Shown here: piece after piece, positions 34,873-43,113 of the stretch
Position numbering within the stretch: position 1 is the first letter of the stretch
Layout of the letters: every line of letters begins with the position of its first letter
The notes under the pieces: model-generated
The model's input: only the letters and a program-made list of their open reading frames with translations
Database searches by the model: none
What the model was told of the DNA's origin: nothing
NCBI GenBank assembly: GCA_022822375.1
Contig: JAJEBU010000055.1
Coordinates: 70,695 to 134,694 of the forward strand
DNA length: 64,000 nt
DNA from: Dehalococcoidia bacterium
GTDB lineage: Bacteria; Chloroflexota; Dehalococcoidia; Bin125
Direction of reading: 5' to 3'
Made by a program: the position numbers and the translations under genes

Positions 34873-37341
34873 ATGCCTCGATACGCAGAGGTGGCCGTCT
34901 TCAGCGGCAGCCCTCAGTTGGGCGCCTTCACCTATGCCGCGCCCGAGGGCGTCCTGCTGAGGCGAGGCATGACGGTGGTGGTTCCGTGGCGAACGCAGTG
35001 GGCCGCTGGTCTGGTGCTGGAGGTCACGGACACGTCGGAGGTCGCCGATCCGCGCCCGATCGCGCGGGTACTGGACGATCAACCCTTGCAGCCGTTGCTC
35101 AACCAGCATCAGCTGAACCTCGCCGACTGGATCGCCGAACGCTACTTCGCGCCGATCGCCGCGTGTCTCGGCCTCTTCCTGCCGCCAGGCGCCCCGAAGC
35201 GTCCGCGCCGCGCGGACACCTTCCGCGCCGTCGTGCCAGCCCGACCGACACCCCCGAAGCGGCTCGTACTTGCCATAACGACAGATGCGCTTCGAGAACG
35301 ATTGGATCACTGGCCGCGCAGCAAGCGATCCAAGCCCGGCGATCTGCTGGCAGCGCTGGCGAGCGCCCAGGGGACGCTCTCTCTGGACGATGCGGCGAGA
35401 GTGATCGGCGGTGCGGAGCAGCTGCGCCATTGGCTGGCCGCGACCGCGCTGGCGGTGTTGGACGACGACGAGCTTCGCCTCACGATCGAGCCGGAGGAGG
35501 CCTCGGCCGCCGCCGACGCCTTGCGCAGGACGAACGCCGAACGGCAGCAGATGCTGCTCCTCCAGGCGCTGGAAGACGGTCCGCTCGACGAGTCAGCGGC
35601 GCGTCGTCTCAGCGGCGCGTCGAACGCAGATGTCGACGCGCTCGTGCGCGACGGCTTGATCCTCCGCGAAGACACCGATTCATCCGAAGCGTTGCCAGAA
35701 CCGATCCCGGCGCCCAAGCTGACCGACGAGCAGGCAGCCGCCGTCAACGCGGTCTGCGCCGCGCTCGATGAGGATGGCGGCGCAAGTTTCCTGCTGCACG
35801 GCGTGACGGGCAGCGGCAAGACGGAGGTCTATCTGGCGGCGGTCGAGCGAGCCCTCGCGCTTGGCTTCGGCGTGATCGTCCTCGTGCCAGAGATTGCGCT
35901 CGCGCCGCAGACCATTCGACGCTTCGAGGCGCGCTTCCCCGGCCGCGTCGCTGTCCGACACTCCCAACTCAAGCAACGCGCGGCACGAGAGCAGTGGCGG
36001 CAGGTGCATGCCGGCGAGAAGCCCATTCTGATCGGCGCGCGGTCAGCGCTGTTCGGTCCGATGCCCAAGCTCCGACTGGTCATCGTCGACGAGGAGCATG
36101 AGTGGACCTACAAGCAGGACGATCCGCAGCCGCGCTACCACGCCGTCGCGGCGGCGTTGGAGATGGCGCGGCGTTGGGGCGTCGTGACGCTGCTCGGCTC
36201 GGCAACGCCTGACCTCGTCACGATGTCGCGCGCCCGCAGCGGCCAACTGACGCTGCTCGAGCTGACCCAGCGTCTGCAGTCGGAGGCCAGCGAGCCGCGA
36301 CCGATTCCGTTGCCCAACGTTGACCTCGTCGACATGCGCGAGGAACTCGCCGCCGGCGTTCGATCGGTGTTCTCGCGCGAGCTGGACGCGGGCGTCTCGG
36401 ACGCCCTGCAAGGCGGCGAGCAAGTCTTGCTCTTCCTGAATCGGCGGGGCATGTCGGCGCTGGTCTGCCGCGCCTGCGGCGAGGCGGTCGAATGCGCGAC
36501 GTGCTCAATCGCGATGACCCTGCATCGGCCTGGACCCATCTTGACCTGCCACGACTGCGGCGATCGGCGAGCAGCGCCGTCGATCTGCCCTGCCTGTGGT
36601 GACGACCGCATCGGCGCGATGAGTTTCGGCACGGCCCAGCTGGAGGCAGAGGTCCATCGCCGCTGGGGCGGCATCGCCGTCACCCGTTGGGATCGCGACA
36701 CGGTGTCCGCCGCTGGATCGCACGACGCGCTCTTGCAGGAGTTTGCGCAGGGCCGCTCGCAGGTGTTGATCGGCACCCAGATGATCGCCAAGGGACTTGA
36801 CCTGCCCGGCGTGACCGTCGCGGGCATCGTCAACGCCGATCTCTCCCTGCGCGAGTCAGACTACTCGGCTGCCGAGCGCACGTTTCAGCTGCTTGCGCAA
36901 GTGGCCGGTCGCGCTGGTCGAGGCGCCCGCGGCGGACGCGTCATCGTCCAGACGTATGCGCCCCAGCATCCCGCGATCCTCGCCGCCGCCGCTCACGATT
37001 ACGAGGCGTTCTACCAACAAGAGCTGCGCCAGCGCGCGATGCTGGATCTCCCACCGTTCGGACAACTGGTGCGCTTGACTGTGTCGCGCTCGACTGCCGC
37101 TGAGGCGGACGCGTCGTCGTCGCGCGTTGCTGCGCAGCTGTCGGACATCCGCGCGCGAACGGCCGGCGACGCCGCAGACGTCATCGGCCCGGCACCCGCG
37201 CGGCCGGCGCTCAGGCGCGGCCAGCATCGGCGGCAGATCCTGTTGAAGGGCGAGGAACCGTCTGCGTTGCTGCGTACATTGCAAGCTGAGCATGAGCTCG
37301 GGCGCGGCTGGTCGATCAACGTCGATCCTGCTGGAGATTGA
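34873..37341 (+). CDS. priA: primosomal replication-restart helicase PriA
   Basis: Track ORF trimmed to the ATG at 34873 (MPRYAEVAV), preceded by AGGAAGGAA. Walker A GVTGSGKTEVY, DEEH box, Cys-rich Zn module CRACGEAVECATC...CHDCG...CPACG. Confidence 0.9.
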   Translation: MPRYAEVAVFSGSPQLGAFTYAAPEGVLLRRGMTVVVPWRTQWAAGLVLEVTDTSEVADPRPIARVLDDQPLQPLLNQHQLNLADWIAERYFAPIAACLGLFLPPGAPKRPRRADTFRAVVPARPTPPKRLVLAITTDALRERLDHWPRSKRSKPGDLLAALASAQGTLSLDDAARVIGGAEQLRHWLAATALAVLDDDELRLTIEPEEASAAADALRRTNAERQQMLLLQALEDGPLDESAARRLSGASNADVDALVRDGLILREDTDSSEALPEPIPAPKLTDEQAAAVNAVCAALDEDGGASFLLHGVTGSGKTEVYLAAVERALALGFGVIVLVPEIALAPQTIRRFEARFPGRVAVRHSQLKQRAAREQWRQVHAGEKPILIGARSALFGPMPKLRLVIVDEEHEWTYKQDDPQPRYHAVAAALEMARRWGVVTLLGSATPDLVTMSRARSGQLTLLELTQRLQSEASEPRPIPLPNVDLVDMREELAAGVRSVFSRELDAGVSDALQGGEQVLLFLNRRGMSALVCRACGEAVECATCSIAMTLHRPGPILTCHDCGDRRAAPSICPACGDDRIGAMSFGTAQLEAEVHRRWGGIAVTRWDRDTVSAAGSHDALLQEFAQGRSQVLIGTQMIAKGLDLPGVTVAGIVNADLSLRESDYSAAERTFQLLAQVAGRAGRGARGGRVIVQTYAPQHPAILAAAAHDYEAFYQQELRQRAMLDLPPFGQLVRLTVSRSTAAEADASSSRVAAQLSDIRARTAGDAADVIGPAPARPALRRGQHRRQILLKGEEPSALLRTLQAEHELGRGWSINVDPAGD

Positions 37342-37351
37342 TTGACTGACG

Positions 37352-38164
37352 CTAGAACGCCTCGAACGCGACTCGCGCCGCCACGAACAACATCCCAAAC
37401 GCGAGCAGCCGCGACAACTGCGATCCGCGAATCCGCGAAGCGACGTACAGTCCCAGCGGATTCGCCGCCAGCGCTCCAATCAGCAGCGGAGGCACGTCCG
37501 TCAGCGGGTCCCCGAATTGCTGAGTCGCCGTGTGGTAGACGATCACGACGACCGCGATGCTGGCCACGATGGCGTGTGACGCGGGGACACCCAGCCAGGC
37601 GGGCATGCGCATCACTCGAACCGTGATCGTGGCGAAGAACAGCCCGCCGCCGATGCCGGCCAGCGAGGTCAGCATCGAGGTCAGGCCGATCACGGCGAGC
37701 GAGCGCCGCACCGGGATCCAGTACAGATAGAGCCCGCCCATGCTGTCGCGCTGCATCCGCCGCCAACCGCGCTGGCCGACATTGCCGGCGTCGCCCGACG
37801 GTCTCCAAATCAAGTACGCGCCGAGGACGGCCAGCAAGGTCGCAAATCCGCCCGCAAACACCTCGCGCGGCAGTTGCGCGGTGCCGGTCGCGCCGAGCAG
37901 TCCCGCCGGCGCCGCGATGGCCACCGCCATGCCGACCGCTCGATAGTCCACACGACCCTGTCTCGCGAGACGAACGGCCGCGAGTCCAGATGTCGCCAGG
38001 ACGAGGCACATCGACGCCAGCGCCACTTCGGCCGGACTCGAGTCGGCGTGTCGGGTCAGCAGGACCGGCGCGAAGAGGAACCCGCCGCCCGCCCCGACCG
38101 ACGTGGCGTACACGCCGATCACCATGCCGAGCCCAATCAGGGCAAGAAGCTCAAGCCAGTCCAT
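37352..38164 (-). CDS. TauE/SafE-family anion exporter membrane protein
   Basis: 270-aa polytopic ORF with glycine-rich repeats (GVYATSVGAGGGFLFAPVLL and TSLAGIGGGLFFA). Confidence 0.8.
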   Translation of the reverse strand: MDWLELLALIGLGMVIGVYATSVGAGGGFLFAPVLLTRHADSSPAEVALASMCLVLATSGLAAVRLARQGRVDYRAVGMAVAIAAPAGLLGATGTAQLPREVFAGGFATLLAVLGAYLIWRPSGDAGNVGQRGWRRMQRDSMGGLYLYWIPVRRSLAVIGLTSMLTSLAGIGGGLFFATITVRVMRMPAWLGVPASHAIVASIAVVVIVYHTATQQFGDPLTDVPPLLIGALAANPLGLYVASRIRGSQLSRLLAFGMLFVAARVAFEAF

Positions 38165-38203
38165 CCGAGCAGGCTACGCCCGCCAGGAAATCGGAGCGTC
38201 GAT

Positions 38204-38300
38204 GGTCATCCCAGCCTGTCTGGGACCTCGTGAGCGGCTTGGCTGGATCAGAATCAGGCGAGATTCCAGGCAAGCTGGAGTGACGAAGCTTGGGATGACC
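38204..38300. repeat. 97-nt structured intergenic element closed by a perfect 10-bp inverted repeat; long copy of the 9433-9474 repeat
   Basis: GGTCATCCCA (38204-38213) is the exact reverse complement of TGGGATGACC (38291-38300). It contains GTCATCCCAG (38205-38214) and CAAGCTGGAGTGACG (38271-38285), both identical to the 9.4 kb copy. Internal hairpins: CCCAG-CCTGT-CTGGG and GCTTGGCTGGA...TCCAGGCAAGC. Confidence 0.65.
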
Positions 38301-38346
38301 GACAGCGGTCCGCCTGGAGACCGAGCGGCTCGGCAGCGCTCGCTTG

Positions 38347-39018
38347 CTACGACTGTTTGGGAATCTTGGGCAGCAGCCAACTGAGCAACGCGTCTTGGCT
38401 GCGCGTCTGCATGTAGAAGCGGCCGGGACCCTCAAGCTTGCAGACGAGACCTTCACCCGAGAGCAGCGTCGTCTTCCATCCGCCCGAGCGTCCGACGCTG
38501 TACTTGACCGACTCGTCGAACGCGACCATGTGGCCAGTGTCGACGGTGTAGGCCTCGCCCGCGCGCAGCTCGATCTGCTCGATCGCGCCGTAGCTGCAGA
38601 TGAACAGCGTTCCGTAACCGCTGCAGCGCAGCAGAATCAAGCCCTCACCGGAAAAGAAGCTCTTCGCCCCGCCCCACGAGGTATCGACCTCGATGTCGGG
38701 TGTCGCGGCCAGGAACGATCCCGACTGAACCAGCACCGACTCGCCGTTGAGCTCGAGCGCCTGGATGTCGCCAGGCAGGCCGGGCGCAATCGTGACCTCG
38801 CCCGATTGCTCGGCCGTGAAGGTGTTGATGAAGAAGCTCTCGCCGCCCAGCACAGAGCGCTTGAGTCCGCCCAACAGCCCGCCGCGCATCCCGGTCTCGA
38901 TCTTGATCTCCGCGGACATCGAGACCATTGCCCCTGCCTCAGCCTGCAGCTGCTCACCCGACGCCAGCTCAATCTTGCCGAGCGCGTAAGAGGGGCGGTG
39001 AATGATCTCGTAGCGCAT
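38347..39018 (-). CDS. AIM24/TIGR00266-family protein
   Basis: 223-aa ORF. MRYEIIHRPSYALGKIELASGEQLQAEAGAMVSMS and a glycine-rich beta-sandwich pattern, as in the DUF124/AIM24 family. Confidence 0.75.
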   Translation of the reverse strand: MRYEIIHRPSYALGKIELASGEQLQAEAGAMVSMSAEIKIETGMRGGLLGGLKRSVLGGESFFINTFTAEQSGEVTIAPGLPGDIQALELNGESVLVQSGSFLAATPDIEVDTSWGGAKSFFSGEGLILLRCSGYGTLFICSYGAIEQIELRAGEAYTVDTGHMVAFDESVKYSVGRSGGWKTTLLSGEGLVCKLEGPGRFYMQTRSQDALLSWLLPKIPKQS

Positions 39019-39066
39019 GTAGGACTTCCTTGCGTTGCTGTACTTGCGGTGCTGTCGCGGCTCGGT

Positions 39067-39927
39067 CTAGCCGTGCTCTCGCATGAACTGGCGGATGGCG
39101 TCGAGCGTATCGGACAGCTTCTCGGGCGAGCGAGCGTCCACGCCGAGGCAACGGGCGTTCGGCGCCTCGTTGCAGATGCGGTGACCGATCCCGGTCGGAT
39201 GGAACGGGTCGGCACCGGGAATGACCAGCATCGGCGAGTTCGTCCGGCGGACTGCGACTTCGTTGACGGCGAAGAACGGAGATCCTGCTGGCCACATGCC
39301 GTCACGGAACTCCACGACCAACGCGATGTACCCCTCGCGGCGGATGCTGCGCACGGCGTCGGCGAACAGCGGCTCATCGTGGATACGTTGGGCGAACGGA
39401 CCCGCCTCGTTGTTCTGCATGAAGATCGGGTCGCGCTGCGCAGACTCGATCACCGCCTCCAGACCTTCGGCCCGGCAGAGTCGAATGGTCGGATTGAACA
39501 TGTCGTAGAACGTCTCGGGAGAGTTTGTCTCGTCCAGGCCGACCGGGTCCTGCATGATCACGCCGGCCACCCGCGCCGGCGCCTGGTCGGCCATGCGCAG
39601 CGCATACGCGCAGCCGATGCAGCCGCCCATCATGTGCGCCCGCTGGATGCCGAGGTCGTTCAGCACGGCAATCTGGTCGAGCATCGCCTTGTCGTAGCTG
39701 AAGGCTTCGAGCGCGGTCTTGCTCTGCCCGCAGTGACGCTGGTCCATCCCGATCACCATGAACTCGTCTGCGAACGACTCGATCGGATTGATGATCGACC
39801 GCTGCCAGAATTCGATCTGCGAGTTCACGCCGCCGGGCGCGAACAGCAGCAGCGGCGTGCCCCCGTTCTGCTCGCCAAACACCTCGTAGTGGATTGTGGT
39901 TCCGTCGGGTCGCATCACTTCAGCCAT
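39067..39927 (-). CDS. alpha/beta-fold hydrolase with GGCIG nucleophile elbow
   Basis: Track ORF trimmed to the ATG at 39927 (MAEVMRPDG), preceded by GGAGAGGAG. LLLFAPGG, then AHMMGGCIGCAYAL where GxSxG is expected. Confidence 0.75.
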   Translation of the reverse strand: MAEVMRPDGTTIHYEVFGEQNGGTPLLLFAPGGVNSQIEFWQRSIINPIESFADEFMVIGMDQRHCGQSKTALEAFSYDKAMLDQIAVLNDLGIQRAHMMGGCIGCAYALRMADQAPARVAGVIMQDPVGLDETNSPETFYDMFNPTIRLCRAEGLEAVIESAQRDPIFMQNNEAGPFAQRIHDEPLFADAVRSIRREGYIALVVEFRDGMWPAGSPFFAVNEVAVRRTNSPMLVIPGADPFHPTGIGHRICNEAPNARCLGVDARSPEKLSDTLDAIRQFMREHG

Positions 39928-40050
39928 CGCATGGCTCCTCTCCATCGCCGTCAGTCTATCCAATGCTCGTTCATGTCCACTCATGCCCGCGCAGGGACTT
40001 GCCGGCCGCCCGATTGTTATCCTGCACCCCACGAAGGCAAGGAGTCCCGC

Positions 40051-41376
40051 ATGGTTATCGCCGATCCGCCAGCACTGACGCTCGACAGCGTCGATATCAC
40101 CGATTCAGATCGTTATCGAGACATCGGCTACCCGTGGGCCGAATGGGATCTGCTGCGCCGCGAGGCTCCGATCTACTGGTATCAGCGGCCCGGCTACGAG
40201 CCGTTCTGGGCGATCACCAAGCACGCCGACATCCGCTACATCTCCTCGCATCCCGAGCTGTTCTCAAACTCCCAGATGTTGCGCTTGAACGAGGCGTCGA
40301 AGCTGGGCACCGCCGCGCGTCAGAGGGTGCGCAGCACCAACCGCACCGGCGGCGATCCCGATGACGCGCCCGACTTCATCTACCTCGATCCGCCCGAGCA
40401 CCGCCAGCATCGCGGACTCGTCGCGCGGCACTTCACGCCGCGCATGATGAAGATGCTGGAAGACCACTTCGCCGAGATGGCCGACAACTACGTCTCGGAC
40501 TTCGCGGACAAAGTGGTCGCCGACTTTGCCGAGCGCGGCTCCAACAGCGCGGTCGACCTCGTCCACGAGCTGTCGGCCAAGCTGCCGGTCGCCGCGATCT
40601 GCGCCATGGGCGGCGTGCCCGAGGAAGACTGGGACCAGATCTTCAGGTGGACTGAGATCCTCGTCGGCGCGGACGATCCGGAGTACCGGCTGCCGGGCGA
40701 ATCGCCCAGCCAGGCGACCGAGCGGATCGGGGTCGAGTGGTTCCGCTACAACAACCAGCTCATCGAAGAGCGCAAACAGAATCTCGGCGACGACCTGCTC
40801 AGCGACCTGCTCCGCGCCGAGGTCGATGGGCGTCCGCTGTCGCCGGCGGAGATTCACGGCTACTTCGTGCTCTTGCTCGCCGCTGGCAACGAGACCACGC
40901 GCAACAGCATCTCCGGCGGCGTCAAAGCGCTGATCGATCACCCCGATCAGATGCAGATGCTCGTCGACGACGCATCGCTCGTGCCATCGGCGGTGGAAGA
41001 GATCCTGCGCTGGACGTCAATCGTGATCCAGTTCCAGCGCACCGCGGTCGAAGATGTCGAGCTGCGCGGCCAGACGATCCGCAAGGGCGAGTCGGTCGTG
41101 CTCTGGTATCCCTCGGCCAACCGCGACGAGGACGTGTTCGAAGACCCGTACCGATTCGACATCCAGCGCGACCCGAACGATCACTTCGCATTCGGCGGCT
41201 ACGGAGAGCATTTCTGTCTGGGCGCCAACCTGGCACGTTGGGAGATGCGAGCGATCTTCCACGCGCTCCGGCCAATCTTGCCAAACCTGGAGCTCGTCGC
41301 ACCGCCGGAGAATGTGATCGCGTTCCTCCACGTCGGAGGCATCAAGCGCCAGATGGTCCGCCACCGCCCTGCGTGA
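40051..41376 (+). CDS. cytochrome P450 (CYP124/125/142-like), paralogue 1
   Basis: C-terminal 441 aa of track ORF 38344..41376. ATG at 40051 preceded by AAGGAG. I-helix AGNETTRN, EEILRW (ExxR), heme loop FGGYGEHFCLGANLAR. Confidence 0.9.
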   Translation: MVIADPPALTLDSVDITDSDRYRDIGYPWAEWDLLRREAPIYWYQRPGYEPFWAITKHADIRYISSHPELFSNSQMLRLNEASKLGTAARQRVRSTNRTGGDPDDAPDFIYLDPPEHRQHRGLVARHFTPRMMKMLEDHFAEMADNYVSDFADKVVADFAERGSNSAVDLVHELSAKLPVAAICAMGGVPEEDWDQIFRWTEILVGADDPEYRLPGESPSQATERIGVEWFRYNNQLIEERKQNLGDDLLSDLLRAEVDGRPLSPAEIHGYFVLLLAAGNETTRNSISGGVKALIDHPDQMQMLVDDASLVPSAVEEILRWTSIVIQFQRTAVEDVELRGQTIRKGESVVLWYPSANRDEDVFEDPYRFDIQRDPNDHFAFGGYGEHFCLGANLARWEMRAIFHALRPILPNLELVAPPENVIAFLHVGGIKRQMVRHRPA

Positions 41377-41446
41377 CAATCCTTCGGCGCGCCGAAACGA
41401 CTAGACTTGCGGCGATCCACCGTATGAGTTTGCATTGGAGCCCCTG

Positions 41447-42775
41447 ATGGTCACCGCTGAACGCCCTGGTTTGACGCTTGACACCCTGAACATCACCGAC
41501 ACCTCGCTGTACGTCGACTATGGATATCCGTGGGAGGCCTGGGACATCCTGCGTCGCGAAGCGCCCGTCTACTGGTACCAGCGGCCCAACTTCGAGCCGT
41601 TCTGGGCGATCACCAAACACGCCGACATCCGCTATATCTCGTCAAACCCGGATCTGTTCTCGAACACGCAGATTCTGCGCATGAACGACACCGAGTCGAT
41701 TGGCATCGGCGAGCGAGGCCGCGAGATCAACGCGAACCGCTACGGCGGCCACCCGTCCGATCCGCCTGACTTCATCTTCATGGACCCGCCCGAGCATCGG
41801 CAGCACCGCAGCCTGGTCGCGCACCACTTCACACCGCGGATGATGAAGAGGCTCGAAGACCACTTCGCCGAGATGGCCGACAACTATGTCTCCAGCTTCG
41901 CCGATTCGATCGTCGCCGATTTCGCCGAGCGCGGCTCGGTCTCGGCGGTCGACGTGGTGCATGAACTGTCGGCCAAGCTGCCGGTCGCCGCGATCTGCGA
42001 CATGGGCGGCGTGCCCGAGGAAGACTGGGATCAGGTCTTCCACTGGACCGAAACGTCGGCCGGCGCAGCGGACCCTGAGTTCCGCCTGCCGGGCGAGGAT
42101 CGCGAACAGACGATCCGCCGCGTCAACCTCGAGTTCAACCTCTACAACGAGGGTCTGGTGCGCGACCGTCAGTCGAACGGGCTCGGCGACGACCTGCTCA
42201 GCGACCTGCTGCGCGCCGATATTGACGGCTACAAGCTCACACCGCGCGAGATTTCGTCCTACTTCCGGCTGCTGATCGGCGCGGGCAACGAGACGACCCG
42301 CAACTCGATCTCCGGCGGCGTCAAAGCCCTGCTCGACCACCCCGACCAGCTGGAAGACCTCGTCGCTCACCCAGAACTGGTGCCGTCCGCGGTTGAGGAG
42401 ATCCTGCGTTGGACCTCAGTCGTGATTCAGTTCCAGCGGACTGTCACCGAGGACCTGGAGCTGCGCGGCAAGACGCTGCGCAAGGGCGACTCGATCGTCA
42501 TGTGGTATCCGTCGGCCAACCGCGACGAAGACGTCTTCCCCGACCCGTACAAGTTCGACATCCGCCGCGACCCCAACGACCACTTTGCGTTCGGCGGTTA
42601 CGGCGAGCACTTCTGCCTCGGCGCCAACCTGGCGCGCTGGGAGATGCGCTCCATCTTCCACGCGCTGCTGCCGATTCTGCCGAACCTGGAACTCGCGGGC
42701 GCGCCGGAGATGGTGCCTAGCTCACTCCACGTCGGCGGCATCAAGCGCCAGATGGTCCGCTACCGCGCTCAGTAA
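41447..42775 (+). CDS. cytochrome P450, paralogue 2 (tandem duplicate)
   Basis: Track ORF 41435..42775. ATG at 41447 preceded by GGAG. Same motifs as paralogue 1. Roughly 70% identical by eye. Confidence 0.9.
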   Translation: MVTAERPGLTLDTLNITDTSLYVDYGYPWEAWDILRREAPVYWYQRPNFEPFWAITKHADIRYISSNPDLFSNTQILRMNDTESIGIGERGREINANRYGGHPSDPPDFIFMDPPEHRQHRSLVAHHFTPRMMKRLEDHFAEMADNYVSSFADSIVADFAERGSVSAVDVVHELSAKLPVAAICDMGGVPEEDWDQVFHWTETSAGAADPEFRLPGEDREQTIRRVNLEFNLYNEGLVRDRQSNGLGDDLLSDLLRADIDGYKLTPREISSYFRLLIGAGNETTRNSISGGVKALLDHPDQLEDLVAHPELVPSAVEEILRWTSVVIQFQRTVTEDLELRGKTLRKGDSIVMWYPSANRDEDVFPDPYKFDIRRDPNDHFAFGGYGEHFCLGANLARWEMRSIFHALLPILPNLELAGAPEMVPSSLHVGGIKRQMVRYRAQ

Positions 42776-42787
42776 CGACCGTGAGCG

Positions 42788-42814
42788 GCGTCGCCGCCCG
42801 TCGGGCGGCGGCGC
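42788..42814. terminator. GC-rich hairpin in the convergent gap after P450-2 (possible bidirectional terminator)
   Basis: GCGTCGCCGCCC-GTC-GGGCGGCGGCGC: 12-bp stem including one G-U pair, 3-nt loop. No U-tract. Confidence 0.45.
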
Positions 42815-42879
42815 ACCAGCTCAGCGCACCCGCGCCCCGTCATGTTGGCTATGACGCCCACGGAGGCCGCTCCGCTGGG

Positions 42880-43071
42880 CTACTCCTCGATGGAGATTGC
42901 CGCCCGCGGGCACGTACGCACGGCACGGACGACGTTGGCCTCCTCTTCCTCCGGCACCACTTCCACCAGTACGTGCGAGAGGTCGTCGTCTCGGACCTCG
43001 AACACGATCTCTGTTGCCTCCATGCACTTGGCGTGGCCTTCGCAGAGGCTCTCGTCGATCTTGACCTTCAT
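42880..43071 (-). CDS. single-cluster 3Fe-4S-type ferredoxin (P450 redox partner type)
   Basis: 63-aa ORF. CEGHAKC...CP (CxxHxxC...CP) cluster motif. Confidence 0.85.
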   Translation of the reverse strand: MKVKIDESLCEGHAKCMEATEIVFEVRDDDLSHVLVEVVPEEEEANVVRAVRTCPRAAISIEE

Positions 43072-43113
43072 CGCTGCCTCCCTGGTTGATTGTTCTGGTG
43101 TTTCCTGCCCATG

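Noticed and set aside
38204-38300. tRNA-Sec (selC) or other tRNA-like gene, suggested by the 10-bp closing stem, the ~97-nt length and selB in the window
   Set aside because: I tried both strands. There is no 7-nt anticodon loop with UCA, no T-loop (GTTCRANYC) and no 6-bp/4-nt D arm. The internal stems have 10- and 17-nt loops incompatible with a tRNA.
38344-40050. N-terminal ~570 aa of the 1010-aa plus-strand ORF 38344..41376
   Set aside because: This part is antisense to the AIM24-family and alpha/beta-hydrolase genes, is low-complexity Arg/Ala/Leu-rich, and has no motif. The P450 homology begins at the ATG at 40051, which has an AAGGAG RBS and aligns with the N-terminus of the paralogue. 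It is a typical GC-rich read-through artefact.
41424-41447. Mini-ORF MSLHWSP whose TGA overlaps the ATG of P450-2; considered as a biarylitide-type P450-modified RiPP precursor
   Set aside because: It has no Shine-Dalgarno sequence of its own. It contains the RBS of the P450 gene. It lacks the aromatic-x-aromatic/His (i, i+2) motif of known P450-crosslinked peptides. The P450s look like catabolic CYP124/125/142-type enzymes with a ferredoxin partner. A 7-codon ORF in a 70-nt spacer is easily chance.
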